Shown in pieces: positions 50,612 to 63,358 of a stretch of 64,000 nucleotides of DNA. A program made the translations under genes and the position numbers. The notes under the pieces are model-generated. The model searched no databases and was not told the DNA's origin. It saw nothing but the letters and a program-made list of their open reading frames with translations. The stretch comes from Squalus acanthias (taxonomy: Eukaryota), in contig CM059440.1 of assembly GCA_030390025.1 (NCBI GenBank), forward strand, positions 8,866,001-8,930,000, written 5' to 3'. Numbering within the stretch: position 1 is the stretch's first letter; each line of letters begins with the position of its first letter.

Positions 50612-52650
50612 CGTATTAGTGTCATGGTGTCACTAGCTTCACTGTGCACACTTGTACACTGCTTGTAGTTCTGGTAAAGCCTATAATGCGAATGACGAGG
50701 GTTCAATCATTCTCTTTTGGTCATTTCAAATAATTTCAAACTGAGCCTTTGAACCCAAGTGGATCTGCTTTGAAAGTGCACGTTTAGTTTTTTTACTACT
50801 TTGTATATCATTATAAAATAGCATAACAGCATTAATGACTGTTAGCCCAGAATGAGGAATATTCTTGTGCAACCGTAGACGAATTGTGCTCTGTTTTAAG
50901 CTTCTACTCCTGGCATTGAATCATTTAAAATGTTATGCACTGATTTGAGTACACTTACAAAAGAAAACATTGTGGCGCGTTAGATAAAACACTCTTTCGA
51001 TTTTTATTTTAACAGTAATTTTTTCCGTATTGGTTTAGATCTCTTGTCATGACATTGTTAATGTGAATTCTTTGTGTTGCTTCAGTTATGACATTTAAAC
51101 TGCAGCAAGGTAAAATTCACTGTCTGAAGAGGTGGCATTTGAAGACATGAATGGCAAAAGAATAAACTGTATTTTTATTCTGCCTTCAAACTTAGAACTC
51201 ACTGTCACTCGTAGAAATATTTGAAAGCCAGTTGAAACATTTTCTACATACAATACTTGGTTTAGAGAAATGGTATTTATCAAATCTGTTAGTCTGGCAA
51301 GTGGACAAGCAGTCTACCTTCATATATAACAATAGGAAAGGAAGTGAAGGTTGTAAAATTTACATTAGCAAAGCCTAGAGGAATCTGTTAATGTTTATTT
51401 TTTCAGTGCGACAGTATATAAGTAAAAACCTCTGAAATAAGTTGGCTGTAAGTTCTGAGCTTTTAAAAAAAAAACAAATGCTGACCTTTTAAACCTATTC
51501 CAAGCAAAGTGTGTCTCATTTTATGAAGGCATTTATAAGAAAAAAATAGGGAAATTATATTCCCCAAAGGATGCTACCCTAGTCCAATTTAAACCTTGGA
51601 GAACTATTATAGTCATCTACCATAAATAAAGATGAATGTTTATCCATTTTTGATTTTATGTGAAGTATAACATTTGAAAAGAATTGTCATCAGTCTGTGG
51701 TGATAACATCATTTGCCTCTTATAGACATCAGGTTCTGGTACTATACTGGTATTCTGCATTCTAAAGACATTTAAAATGTGTATACAGTATTGAGGGATG
51801 ACTATTGGTTTCTGGGATTAAAAAGAAAATTAGAAAGCACCTTGTTCCAAGATTATATAATGAGGATATAGGGAGATGATCATGTGATTGTTTGGTCTCA
51901 TGTGATTGAATAACTGGCATCCATTTTGAAAACTAAACTTTCAAATTAAATTTCAACCGAAGAATTACATATGTAAAATATAGCAATATTTAATCTGTCA
52001 CTACGCATGTGATGCCCATAACAATTTTGATTATGTTCTCGGAAAGATTTAGACAGTGGTATATTATGAACATTATAATATTTAAATGAAATGCCTGAGC
52101 ATTTCTTATTCAAACATCACTCATGGTCGCTATAACCTCATTGTAGAATACTTACTGAGTATTCCCAGAAATTTGAAGCTGATATTCCAAACTTTGTGTA
52201 CAGTAAAACCTTATTCATTTTGTACATTTTAAATATTTTGGTTTTTAAGAACATTGCCATCAGATTTTAATTTTCACAGGAAAAACTGTAACTGTTAACT
52301 TATGACTGGAATTGTGCATTTTGTCATGGCTGAAGTTTAACACCATGAAATTGACTTGCTTTGCACACTAAAATGATGCTGATTAGTTTTAGGTAATCAA
52401 TTATTCTCTACACCTGAAAGCAGAGAATAGTAAATTTAGTTTAAAGAAGTAAAATTACAAATTAATTTAATAACTTTCAGCAAATGAGAAGTGCATGCTC
52501 AAACGTTGATTAATATTTCATGATCTTTTTTTCTGCACCTAGTTTGCCCTTAAAGGGTATTAAGCTGGAATTGATGAACTTTTTCTTGCAGTAAACTTCA
52601 GCTTTCCACAATCACATTGCGCCACTTTAAATACTAATTTCAATGACTAT

Positions 52651-53503
52651 TCATAGAATCATAGAATGGTTACAGCACAGAAGGAAGCCATTCGGCCCAT
52701 CGAGCCCGTGCCGGCTCTCTGCAAGAGCACTTCAGCTAGTCCCACTCCCCCGCCCTTCCCTGTAGCCCTGCAAAAAAAATTCCTTCAGGTACTTATCCAA
52801 TTCCCTTTTTGAATGCCACGATTGAATCTGCCTCCACCACCCTTTCAGACAGTGCATTCCAGATCCTAACCACTCGCTGAGTAAAAAAATTTTCTCTTCC
52901 TATCGCCTTTGGTTCTTCTGCCAATCACCTTAAATCTGTGTCCTCTGGTTCTCGACCCTTCCACCAATGGGAACAGTTTCTCTCTATCTACTCTGTCCAG
53001 ACCCCTCATGATTTTGAACACCTCTATCAAATCTCCTCTCAACCTTCTCTGCTCTAAGGAGAACAACCCCAGCTTCTCTAGTCTATCCACGTAACTGAAG
53101 TCCCTCATCCCTGGAGCCATTCTTGTAAATCTTTTCTGCACTCTCTCTAAGGCCATCACATCCTTCCTAAAGTGCAGTGCCCAGAATTGGACACAATACT
53201 CCAGTTGAGGCCGAACCAGTGTTTTATAAAGGTTCATCATAACTTCCTTGCTTTTGTACTCTATGAAGGAGCAATCGATAGCTCCGAAAGCTTGTGATTT
53301 CAAATAAAACTGTTGGACTATAACCTGGTGTTGTGCGACCTCTCTATTTATGAAGCCCAGGATCCCTTATGCTGCTTTAACTGCTTTCTCAACCTGCCCT
53401 GCCACCTTCAACAATTTGTGCACATATACCCCCAGGTCTGTCTGTTCATGCACCCCCTTTAGAATTGTACCCTTTAGTTTATATTGCCTCTCTTTGTTCT
53501 TCC
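52651..53503 (-). mobile_element. CR1 LINE 3' fragment
   Basis: ORF IEYKSKEVMMNLYKTLVRPQLEYCVQFW...RGDLIEVFKI; tail (catagaat)n. Confidence 0.95.
53266..53340 (+). mobile_element. 5'-truncated Penelope-like element (family of 31015) inserted in CR1
   Basis: aaggagc...gctccgaaagcttgtga..aataaaactgttggactataacctggtgttgtgcgac interrupts the CR1 codons for INRGIEY. Confidence 0.85.
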
Positions 53504-54119
53504 GATTGAGGTCCAAAACTGTATGAAAGATATGAAGCACCCAACGAGGAGCTGCTAAGCATTTTGAGATGTTGCCATTTGCTGTGGCTTCAGTATTGAT
53601 CTATAATCTTGACTCTAAAGTCCAGGTTAAAGCACATAATGAGAGTATGTGAGTTACTATAGTTGTTGAATTGAACTGTTAAATTTCTGTCTTGGAACTT
53701 AAATAAATAGTTATTTTGGAAGAAATGCCCAAGGTCCAAACGTCTATGTAATACAGAGAATGCTCCTTCAATATCTACTTACCACTAGTTATTTAATCTA
53801 CATAGAAAACCCCACAAATTTCGAAGTACATGTTTTTGATTTACTGATGGTCATTGATTACTTCTTGATGATTTCTCCTGAGATGCTGGCTTTCTACTGC
53901 TGGCTAAAATGGATTGGAAAAACTCTGCAGTCAACATACAAATGCTTTTTTTCAAATATTGGGCAATTTTGTCAAACTGCGATTTTGCAACTGATTTGAA
54001 AGTGGATTGTATGCATTGCGGATGATCTTGTATTGCCTGAAAGGAAAAGCTCACATTAAAATGCAGAACACTTGGATGTCCATATCATTCAGTCAGTAAC
54101 AAACTGTATATCACAGTTT

Positions 54120-54349
54120 GAAGAGAAATTTCTTCACACAGATGGTTAAGATCTGGAACACACTACCTGAAAGTGTGGTAGAATCAGATTCCATAGCAAC
54201 TTTCAAAGGACAATTGGATATGTACTTGAAGAGGATATGTGCAGGGTTATGTGAAAAAAGCTGGGGAGTGGGGCTAATTGGATGGCTCTTTCAAAGAGCC
54301 GGCACAGGCACGACAGGCCAAATGGCCTCCTTCTGTAGGATTCTATGAT
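54120..54349 (+). mobile_element. CR1 3' end
   Basis: Peptide RNFFTQ..KIWNTLP...FKGQLDMYLK; tail ttctatgatt. Confidence 0.85.
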
Positions 54350-54599
54350 TACGTGTGGCAAAAGACTACACCATCTTTCTCTATTCCAAAGCATTTAATG
54401 GCTGCTTTCGGGTAAGTGGAAAATAGCTACTTAGAAAGTTGTTTTTTATTGTATAGCTGAAATAAACGTAAATTAGTACGAAGTGGTCGATACTGTTTTG
54501 ATTATTAGATGAAATTTATTTGGAGTCTGGAGTTTCCATTTAAGGAATATTTGATTCAAATTGTATCTTGTATAATTTTAAACCTCAAACAATAGACTC

Positions 54600-54950
54600 C
54601 ATTGGTGTCATGTTTGCATTATTCTCAGAATGCTGGAGTATGGTTCTATGGACACTCCTCACCCTTCAGTACCTTGCCGAAGTGGCCATTATCCATATAT
54701 TAGCCTTAACGGTGAATGTTAGCAGGCTATTCATCCACGGGGGAATATCGCAGCCGAGCCTGATCCTTTCCTCGCCCATTGTCCACAAATGTGCACTTTC
54801 AGCAAGGATGGTTGGAGTGAACAAGACCTGGTTGATTCTGCGCCGCTTAAATTCATTAACTTGGCAACGATCAGGTTTTGAACCTGGGACCTTTCTAGTC
54901 TGTAGGACTCAGCTACCAACTGGATGAACTTGCTAAATCATCAAGGGAGC
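54600..54950 (-). mobile_element. Old AmnSINE2-like SINE
   Basis: cagtaccttgccgaagtggccatt...gcaggctattc...tgaacctgggacctttctagtctgtaggactcag. Confidence 0.6.
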
Positions 54951-55603
54951 AGCCAATAACCAGGGATTAATCAATTCAACTTTAACAGTACTGAATAACA
55001 CAGTAACATTTTGCTCTTGTATGCCTAGAACTATGTAGGATTTTCCAAAATTTTATTTTCCTTTATTAATGACATAATTTTGCAATTACATGCATGTGCC
55101 CTAGCGTACATGTTAGCTAAGAGTTGGTTAAATATTTAAAGCTGAAAGTGGCAGAGGTTTTTGTTGGATGCCTATTTTTGAGCAGAGCTCTAGTATATAC
55201 ATGTTCTACACAATGGCTTTTGTTACGCTGCCAGTTGGTAATGTTTTACCTTGCAGGAACCACAAATCATTATAATTACAGTATAGCTTAAAATCTAGAT
55301 TAATAATAGACTGGCTTCATATAAAGGGTGAAGGAGGGCGAATGTTATAAACATATTTGACTCCTATTAAATCAGTTAGTTTTAAAATTCATCTGTGCTT
55401 TCTGAAAGTCCAGGTGCACTAGAAAAGATAGCTATGCAGACATGTCTAACATGCTGGTTTTGCTTTGTGTGTGGGTATTTTGAGAACTCAGGGAGGATAT
55501 GAGCCAATTGCATCCTAATGAAATCAAAGTGTCAGGAATCCCTATTCTTAGATCTGATGCATACAGATTCTTGCAGACAATTTTTTTGTAGTGAAACTAG
55601 TAA

Positions 55604-56415
55604 AACATAGGAACAGGAGGAGGCCATTTAGCCCCTCGAGCCTGTTCCGCCATTCAGTGAGATCATGGCTGATCTGCGACCTAACTCCATATACCCGCCT
55701 TTGCCCCATATCCCTTAATACCTTTGGTTAACAAAAATCTATCAATCTCCGATTTAAAATTAACAATTGATCTAGCATCAATTGCCGTTTGCGGAAGAGA
55801 GTTCCAAACTTCTACCACCCTTTGTGTGTAGAAGTGTTTCCTAATTTCACTCCTGTAAAGTCTGGTTCTAATTTTTAGACTATGCCTCCTAGTTCTAGGC
55901 TCCACAACCAGTGGAAATAGTTTCTCTCTCTCTACCCTATCTGTTCCCCTTAATATCTTGGAAACTTCGATCAGATCACCCCTTAACCGTCTAAATTCCA
56001 GGGAAACAACCCTAGTTTGTGTAATCTCACCTCGTAATTTAACCCTTGGAGTCCAGGTATTATTCTGGTAAACCTACGCTGCACTCCCTCCAAGGTCAGT
56101 ATATCCTTCCTAAGGTGTGGTGCCCAGAATTGTTCACCGTACTCCAGGTGTGGTCTAACCAGAGTTTTGCATAACTTCTACTCCCTTGTATTCTAGTCCT
56201 CTAGATATTAAGGCCAGCATTCCATTAGCCTTTTTAAAAATTATTCTCTGTACCTGTTCATGACATTTAAATGATCTATGTACCTGGACCCCCAAGTCTC
56301 TTTGGACCTCCACTGTTTCTAGCTTTTCACCATTTAGAAAAGTACTCTGTTCTATTCTTTTTAGGTCCAAAGTGGATGACTTCACATTTGCCGATATTGA
56401 AATCCATTTGCCACA
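55604..56415 (-). mobile_element. CR1 LINE 3' fragment
   Basis: Peptides NGEKLETVEVQRDLGV, KKANGMLALISRGLEYK, HFYTQRVVEVWNSLP. Confidence 0.95.
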
Positions 56416-57424
56416 AAACATACTATATGTACCTTTACTATTTTCATTTAGCTACTGTAATCATCATGTTATTTCTCCCGCCTGTATTTTCATGCTAATT
56501 TCTGTTGGTAAATGCGACTATTTCATATTATCCACTGTATAGTTTTGTATTTGTTGTAAAAGAATTTTGTTTGAAAACATTGATCACGTCGGCAGAATAG
56601 GGGTTGCATGTATGTAAATATTTAATGATCAAAACATACAATAATAGCAACAGTTAAGGTAAGATGATACTTCATTCTGCTGAAATAATAATGGTACTGA
56701 AATTATCAAAATATTAAAGCATTTAGGTGGCTATTTTGTAATCTAGTGCTAAATTCTCAAGTGTAGATTTTTTTTTTCTGGACATTATGTATAAAATGAG
56801 CTAAATTTAAATTTGTGAGTTCGACAGATATTTGCAGTACTTCGACACATGGGACTGAGCACAAGGTAGTATCTAACAATATCAGAAACCACAGGAGCAA
56901 AATTGGAGTCATTAAATAAGTGATATAGCTTAAGGATTACTTCACTAATGGTGTTTAGTTCCCCCTTTTAATTGCAGCATCTCTTTCCATTAGACTTTTA
57001 TAGAGGTTTGTGGTGATCAATATATATGTCATGAATGTCACTGTAGTGGTCCAGCAAACATAAAGAGCATTAGGGGTTTGCTCGAATATATGTGAATTGG
57101 GCAAGTTACCTGTACATCTTTTTGAATTCAAAGAAGGACCGTCTCTTGTGTTATGACCAAAATACATAACCTGTTGTGGCTGAACCAGAGCTGTTCAGTG
57201 TTGCTGCATACAGTTTTGTTACCCAGAGCTGTAAAACAGCTTTAGTGTGTCAAACCTACATTTGCTCATTACACTGTCATTTCCATGTTTATGTGCACAG
57301 TGCAAAGCTTCATTACCGGGTCTATTTCTTCTCCCGGAATTGATTGTGCATCCCCAGGCATTTCTGCTTCAACAACACAAACCTTTTTTTTTGTGTGTGG
57401 AACACTCAGATTTGCGACAAACCT

Positions 57425-57715
57425 TAATTTTTCTTTCTTCCTCTTCACCCCTGATTCCTTAGTGATACGGTTCCGGATGTACTTGGGTGCCTTCTGGTAG
57501 CTCACACTGGCCATTATTTGTGAGCTTAGTGGAGTTGAACCTGATCCTATCCTCATCTGATGCACTCGCATTTCTAGCAGGGGCTGCTGGATAGTGTTCA
57601 GTAGTGGGAACTGTGGCTAATTCCCTCCCCTAGAATAGACCTAGGGATTGAACCCGGATGGGTCTGCATGGCTGCTATTCATGGATATACTGTACTTGTT
57701 GAGCCATTGGGGGAT
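57425..57715 (-). mobile_element. Old AmnSINE2-like SINE
   Basis: tggccatt...ctagcagggg...gggattgaaccc...tgagccattgggg. Confidence 0.5.
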
Positions 57716-59159
57716 ACAGCCCAAATTTTAATGGTATCTTGTGGTTGGCAGCAGTATTCAACTGACATAGGAACAGCCTGTTTTTTAACTCGTTCAATTT
57801 TCTTTTAATTAGCTGTTAGTAGCAGCAAATGTGTTAGTTATTTTGATGACAATATGGAATGTCATTATTTCCGTGTTATCAACAGAAATACATCTGTTTG
57901 CCGATCTTAAATTTTAAACCTACGTTGTCTGCTCCTTCTGCCTTTGTTAAATTGTTTGCATTTGCTTCATATCTCTTCAAATTATATCTATTCACTCATG
58001 GCCTCTCTTTACCTGAAATGACAGGTTAGTTGATGGCGATTTCAGCTTGGGATTATTTTCAGTTGAATATTTTGTGGAATACAGGCAACTTACTTTCATA
58101 GTTACACTGTTAGTTCTGGATTACATCTGATTTTTACCTATTGAAGGTGCTTTATAGTGTTATGTTCTTTTAAATCAAAGGCTTTTTTTTCCCTGGGTAG
58201 TGATTGGCAATTCAGAGTCTGTTTACTGTAGAATTCATTTTATGTTTTCTTTCAAGTCACTTCAATAAAGGAGAATATAGGCATTTTACATGTCAGCATT
58301 TTAAATTGCTGTTTTGGTTCTTAATCGGGTCTATTAAATGAGATTTGTGGTTTTAGGCCAATGAATGAGCTGACATTTTGGTGTACTCTATATGAACCTT
58401 TTCTGATCAGTTCTGGATTTATGAAATGCTTTATAATATTTGGGGAGAGGATAAGAGACGGGTAGTATGGATGTTTTAAGTAAAAATAATTTCTGTGACG
58501 ATTCTGACAGTTAATGTTGACTAGTCATGATAATTTCCATTATAGATGTTTCGATTAGTTCATTGTTGCTAATTAGCGGACAAGTTGCATCTGAAACATG
58601 TTCTTTTGATGGGATTAGTAATTGAATGAATAGAAATCCTGAAATTTCAAGCTTTATTGAACTTTTTAATGGGATTCATTAAAACTGAGATGAAAAGCTT
58701 CTCTGCCATTTCTGTTCTTTATATACAGTAATATAGCTGCATAATTTATAACTAGATTATAAACCTCTTTGAAATGTACATAGTCTGGAGCTTTTGCTCA
58801 TGAAGTGTCCTTTACTCCATTAAGATTAAAAAACAGATTTTCACATTAAGAGAAATTTTTGTGATCTTTTCCACTGTTTTGGTAGACTGACAAGCCTGCT
58901 GGTCTATAGCCGTCTACTGTTGTCCATGAAATTGCTCCAGAGCCACTGTAATAGTGAAACCTGGGTTAACTAAGTGCGTGAAGATGTCAGGTACACGTGA
59001 ATTAGGCTGCATTCATTCCTAGCATTATACCATCAAAATGGCTGCATCGTGTCCTATATAGAGGCAAACTTCTTGCAAGGCAACAAGGCAATTTTTTCCC
59101 TCTGGCTTTTTGCCTCTCTCAGGAATTTGCATGGTTAAGTGGTGAATCATTGGTGTACA

Positions 59160-59491
59160 TACTGAGAGAGTGCTACACTGTCTTTCAGATGAGATGTTAA
59201 ACTAAGTCCCCATCTGCCCCCTCGGGTGGATGTAAAAGATCTTGTGGCACTATTTCGAAGGAGGTTAGGGAAATTTCCCCCCCCGGGTGCCTTGGCCAAT
59301 ATTTATCTCTCAACCAACATCACTTAAACGGATTATTTGGTCATTATCACATTGTTGTGTGCAAATTGGATGCTGCGTTTCCTACATTACAACAGTGACT
59401 ACACTTCAAAAGTATCTCATTGGCTATAAAGCATTTTGGGTCATCTGAGGTCGTGAAAGGCGCTATATAAATGCAAGTCTTTCTTTCTTTC
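59160..59491 (+). mobile_element. Deu-domain SINE, 5'-truncated
   Basis: gtaaaagatcttgtggcactatttcgaag...aaggcgctatataaatgcaagt(cttt)n. Confidence 0.85.
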
Positions 59492-60009
59492 ACTGTGTCT
59501 GGATGGGATGGGCTGGGCTTGATGGTTTTTTTCTCCTTTTCACATGTTCATATGATCTACCTCTGAAAATGACACGATGTTGTGTTGGTGCACCAATGTA
59601 CAGTGGTATGGAATGATCAGAGACAAGTTTGATTGCACTGGCTTATATTCTAGTTTCAGTTGTCATTGTGGGATCCAGGAAATGCTTTGTGCTGCCTCCA
59701 GGGGGAGGGACAGGGGTTTAATCAAAGCTTTATCTCTGGGCTCTGCTTGTGTCTTCTGACAGTTGACTTACAATACTTCCATGCTTTGACAGTGTTCGGC
59801 TATTGCCTTCCTGCCCTCTCAATGGGTAGATGGAGGCTGAAACCAAAGGGTAAACATGGGAGAGGTAGAGAGAATTTGATATATGCATTCCAGAAGAGAA
59901 GAAAATTAATTGCATTAAGAGTATTTGACAGATGGGATGCATTACAATGTAGTGACGAAAGAGCCTTTAATTATTTTTTCATTCTCAGGATATGGGCTGG
60001 CCAACATTT

Positions 60010-60490
60010 ATTTTATTTTATTTTATTTTTATTTGTTTTTTATGGGATGTGGGCATCGCTGGCAAGGCCAGCATTTATTGTCCATCCCTGATTCCCCTTG
60101 AGAAGGTGGTGGTGAGCCACCTTCTTGAACCGCTGCAGTCAGTATTATTGTGTTTCATAGCGGTTTGTTACAACTGAGTGGCTTGCTAGGCCATTTCAGA
60201 GGGCAGTTAAGAATCAACCACATTCCTTGGGTCTGGAGTCACATATAGGCCAGACCGGGTAAGGACGGCAGATTTCCTTCCCTAAAGGACATTAGTGAAC
60301 CAGATGGGTTTTTACGACAATCCAGTAGTTTCATGGTTACCTTTACTGAAAATAGCTTTTTTTAAATTCCAGATTTATTTAATTAACTGAATTTAAATTT
60401 GTGGTGGGATTTGAACTCACGTCTATGGATCATTAGTCCAGGCCTCTGGATTACTGGCCCAGTAACATTACCACTATGCTACCGTTCCCT
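60010..60490 (-). mobile_element. tRNA-derived SINE with a 3' tail from the second LINE family
   Basis: Reversed head (cggtagcatagtggtaatgttactg...gagttcaaatccc); unique body; tail 60040-60140 matches the LINE 3' end. Confidence 0.8.
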
Positions 60491-60492
60491 CT

Positions 60493-60930
60493 ATTGCTTA
60501 TCGCTAATTGCCCTTGAGAAGGTGGTGGTGAGCCACTGGCTTGGACCGCTCTAGTCTGTGTGGTGAAGGTACTCACACAATGCTGTTAGGTAGGGAGTTC
60601 CAGGATGGGTTGTCAATCAAGTGGGCTGCTTTGTCCTGGATGGTGTTGAGCTTCTTGACTGTTGTTGGAGCTGTACTCATCCAGGCAAGTGGAGAGTATT
60701 CCATCACATTTCTGACTTGTGCAGATGGTGGAAAGGCTTTGGGGAGTCAGGAAGTGAGTCACTTGCTGCAGAATACCTAGCCTCTGAACTGCTGTTGTAG
60801 CCACAGCATTTATGTGGCTGGATCCAGTTAAGTTTCTGGTCAATGGTGACCCCCAGGATGTTGATGGTGGGGGATTTGATGATGGCAATGCCATTGAATG
60901 TCAAAGGGAGGTGGTTAAACTTTCTCTTGT
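60493..60930 (-). mobile_element. Second-family LINE 3' fragment
   Basis: Peptides INILGVTIDQKLNW and HINAVATTAVQRLGILQQVTHFLTPQSLSTI. Confidence 0.88.
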
Positions 60931-61044
60931 TAATTACATTCTAATCAGTGATCACTGTGTTTGAGTTGTGGACCCTAAAAATCTGTTCGAGCCTTGAATA
61001 TACTTCCAGCTGTCACTTAGTCTCAGGCTTGGAGTCAGCTTTAA

Positions 61045-61940
61045 TATATATGTTGATGACGCACAGCTTTACCTTTCTACCACGATATTCAACTCTATTT
61101 TTATCAGACTTGCCTATTTGACATCAAATCGTAGATCAGATGATTGAGATAATTGAATTCATCTTGCTCAGCTACTGCTCAAGAACCCTGTAACCTTGCC
61201 CCTAGATTCCACCCCTTCTTGCTGCTTGCTTAGGCTATACCAGTTGGTGCTCATTAATGAACTCTAGTCTGTCTTCCCATCAGTTGTGCTTCAGAAGTCC
61301 TGTTTGACTGGAAGATAAGCTTTAAACTCCATGTTCTACCCATTACCAAGGCCACTTCCACCTCCACAACATTGCACTCTATCCCTCACCGCCACTGCCA
61401 ACTTATCTATGCTATGTTGCCTCAGGATTTGCCTTTCAAATGCTTTCCTCAATGGCCCCCTGTGCTTTACCCTACACAAACTCCAACTTGTCTAAAACTT
61501 TGTGCATCCTGTCCCACACCAAGTCCTGCTTGCCTATCATTCTAGTCTTCCCTAACCTCGATTGTTTCCCTGACCTCCAGCACGTTGAATTCAAAATCCC
61601 TGTCCTCATTTTTCAAATGCCTTCACTGCCTTGCTGCACGCTACTTCTGCAACATATTCTTCAGTCCTCTGACTCTTGCCTCCTGTACACCCCTCCCACT
61701 TTCCCATTATTAGCAGAACTGTCAGCTGTCTTAGTCTACTCTCTGAAACTCTACTCTCCTAAACTTCTTTGCCTTGCTACTTCTCTCCCTGCCTTAACAG
61801 CCTCCTCAAAACCTATGTTTTCAACTGTGCTTTCACTCATCTTTTCTAACTCACTTACTGCTGCTCTGTTCGCTCCAAAGTGGAGCACCTTGAGCCGTTT
61901 ACTCCATTAAAGGCGTTGGATAAATGCAAGGTGTTGTAGT
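61045..61940 (+). mobile_element. Degraded L2 LINE (YADD region to tail)
   Basis: atatatgttgatgacgcacagctttac encodes IYVDDAQLY; tail ccattaaaggcgttggataaatgcaag. Confidence 0.8.
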
Positions 61941-62710
61941 TTTGCCATGAGCTTTCATATCAGAAATACAATTTTTTAAAAAGGTTATATACACTAGACC
62001 ATGGTTGGTAGTAGAAAGGAATATATTTTCCCACCAATGGTGGAGCAGTCCTGTGGAATCTTCCACATGCTATTCCTCTTTGTTTTGTGGGTTACATGAA
62101 AGAATGTTTTTCTTAGAACTGTTTTATTTCATATTTTGGCATAGCACAATGTGCTCATTTATGAACTCTTGTCCGTCTTCCCATCAGTTGTGCTTCAAAA
62201 GTCATTGAGTTAAATTAATGTTCAAAGTAATAAATAACCACTGATGAACTGAGACCTCACTGAGCCAATTAAAACAATCTTTGGAGTCATACCCCGATAA
62301 CGGCTGCAGCATTCATATTTTTTCTTCTTTTGAGAAGAAATTCCATCGTCTCTGATGTCGCCACATACTTTGGTGTCAGCCACTTTTTTTATTCCAATTT
62401 TCTGACCTATTCTGAGTTGGAAAACATTAAATTTGTTCATACCCATTGAGGACATGTTTATCCAACAGACGGACCCAGTATCACAACCTGTTGTTGACTT
62501 TGGGTGTTTGTTATTTGTTCTGGTCTTCCCATTGGATCACTAATGTCGTATCTAACAGATCCCTGGTGTGTATCCTCTGTTAACATGTGGTTCCCTCTCC
62601 CTCCTCCCATTCCTTTAGTTCCAGTGCACACATTCTATTGGATGGAATGGCAGCATTGCCCGATCACTGAAGATTTTTTAAAAGCTTTTATAAAGCTCTT
62701 TTTTTTGGTA

Positions 62711-63358
62711 AGTTTTTCTGCTTAAACCTTGTACAAGAAGTGGGGAGATGAATTTGTGGTGTGGCGATTCCTAAGATAGAAGCAATTTATTTTCTGTCAG
62801 CAAATTAGACTTTTAATCAGCATGGACTGTACACCGTTTGGTGTGTGTTATCATCTTCCATCCAATCCTAGTAGAGACTCCTCACTCCCTCTTGAATGAT
62901 TTATACAAGATTAAATATTCATTGTGTTTGCTGGTAGTTTATTTCACAAATTCACAACTCCAATTATGATTTTTTTCACTTTGAGGTTATCCCACAATGA
63001 GGTGGTTTGCTCACTGTTCAAAGTCATTTGATTCCCCTGATTGTGTTACATCCCTGGTGGCATGCTATCCAGGTCAGCTATTTGGTGTCATGTACACAGT
63101 CTTGTGTTTAGTGTTGAAGTTTTTTTCTCCTGCTAGAATGGTCCAGTTTTTGCTATTCAGGTTTGTTCTGTTGTTGCAACTGCATTTTGTTATTTTTTTT
63201 TAGATATTTAGATTTTGCATGTTGCAGCAGGTTTTCCTGCTTAAAACTTGTACTTAAGAGGGCAAATGAATTTGTGGTGTGGGTAATTTCGAAGATCAGC
63301 GTGGACTGTACACAGTTTGATGTGTGCAATCTTCCATCCACTCTTGAGTCAGACTCCT
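62711..63358 (+). repeat. Diverged direct duplication (62711-62882 and 63230-63358)
   Basis: Shared atgaatttgtggtgtgg, atcagc.tggactgtacac, atcttccatcca and agactcct; the first copy has about 45 extra bases. Confidence 0.8.
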
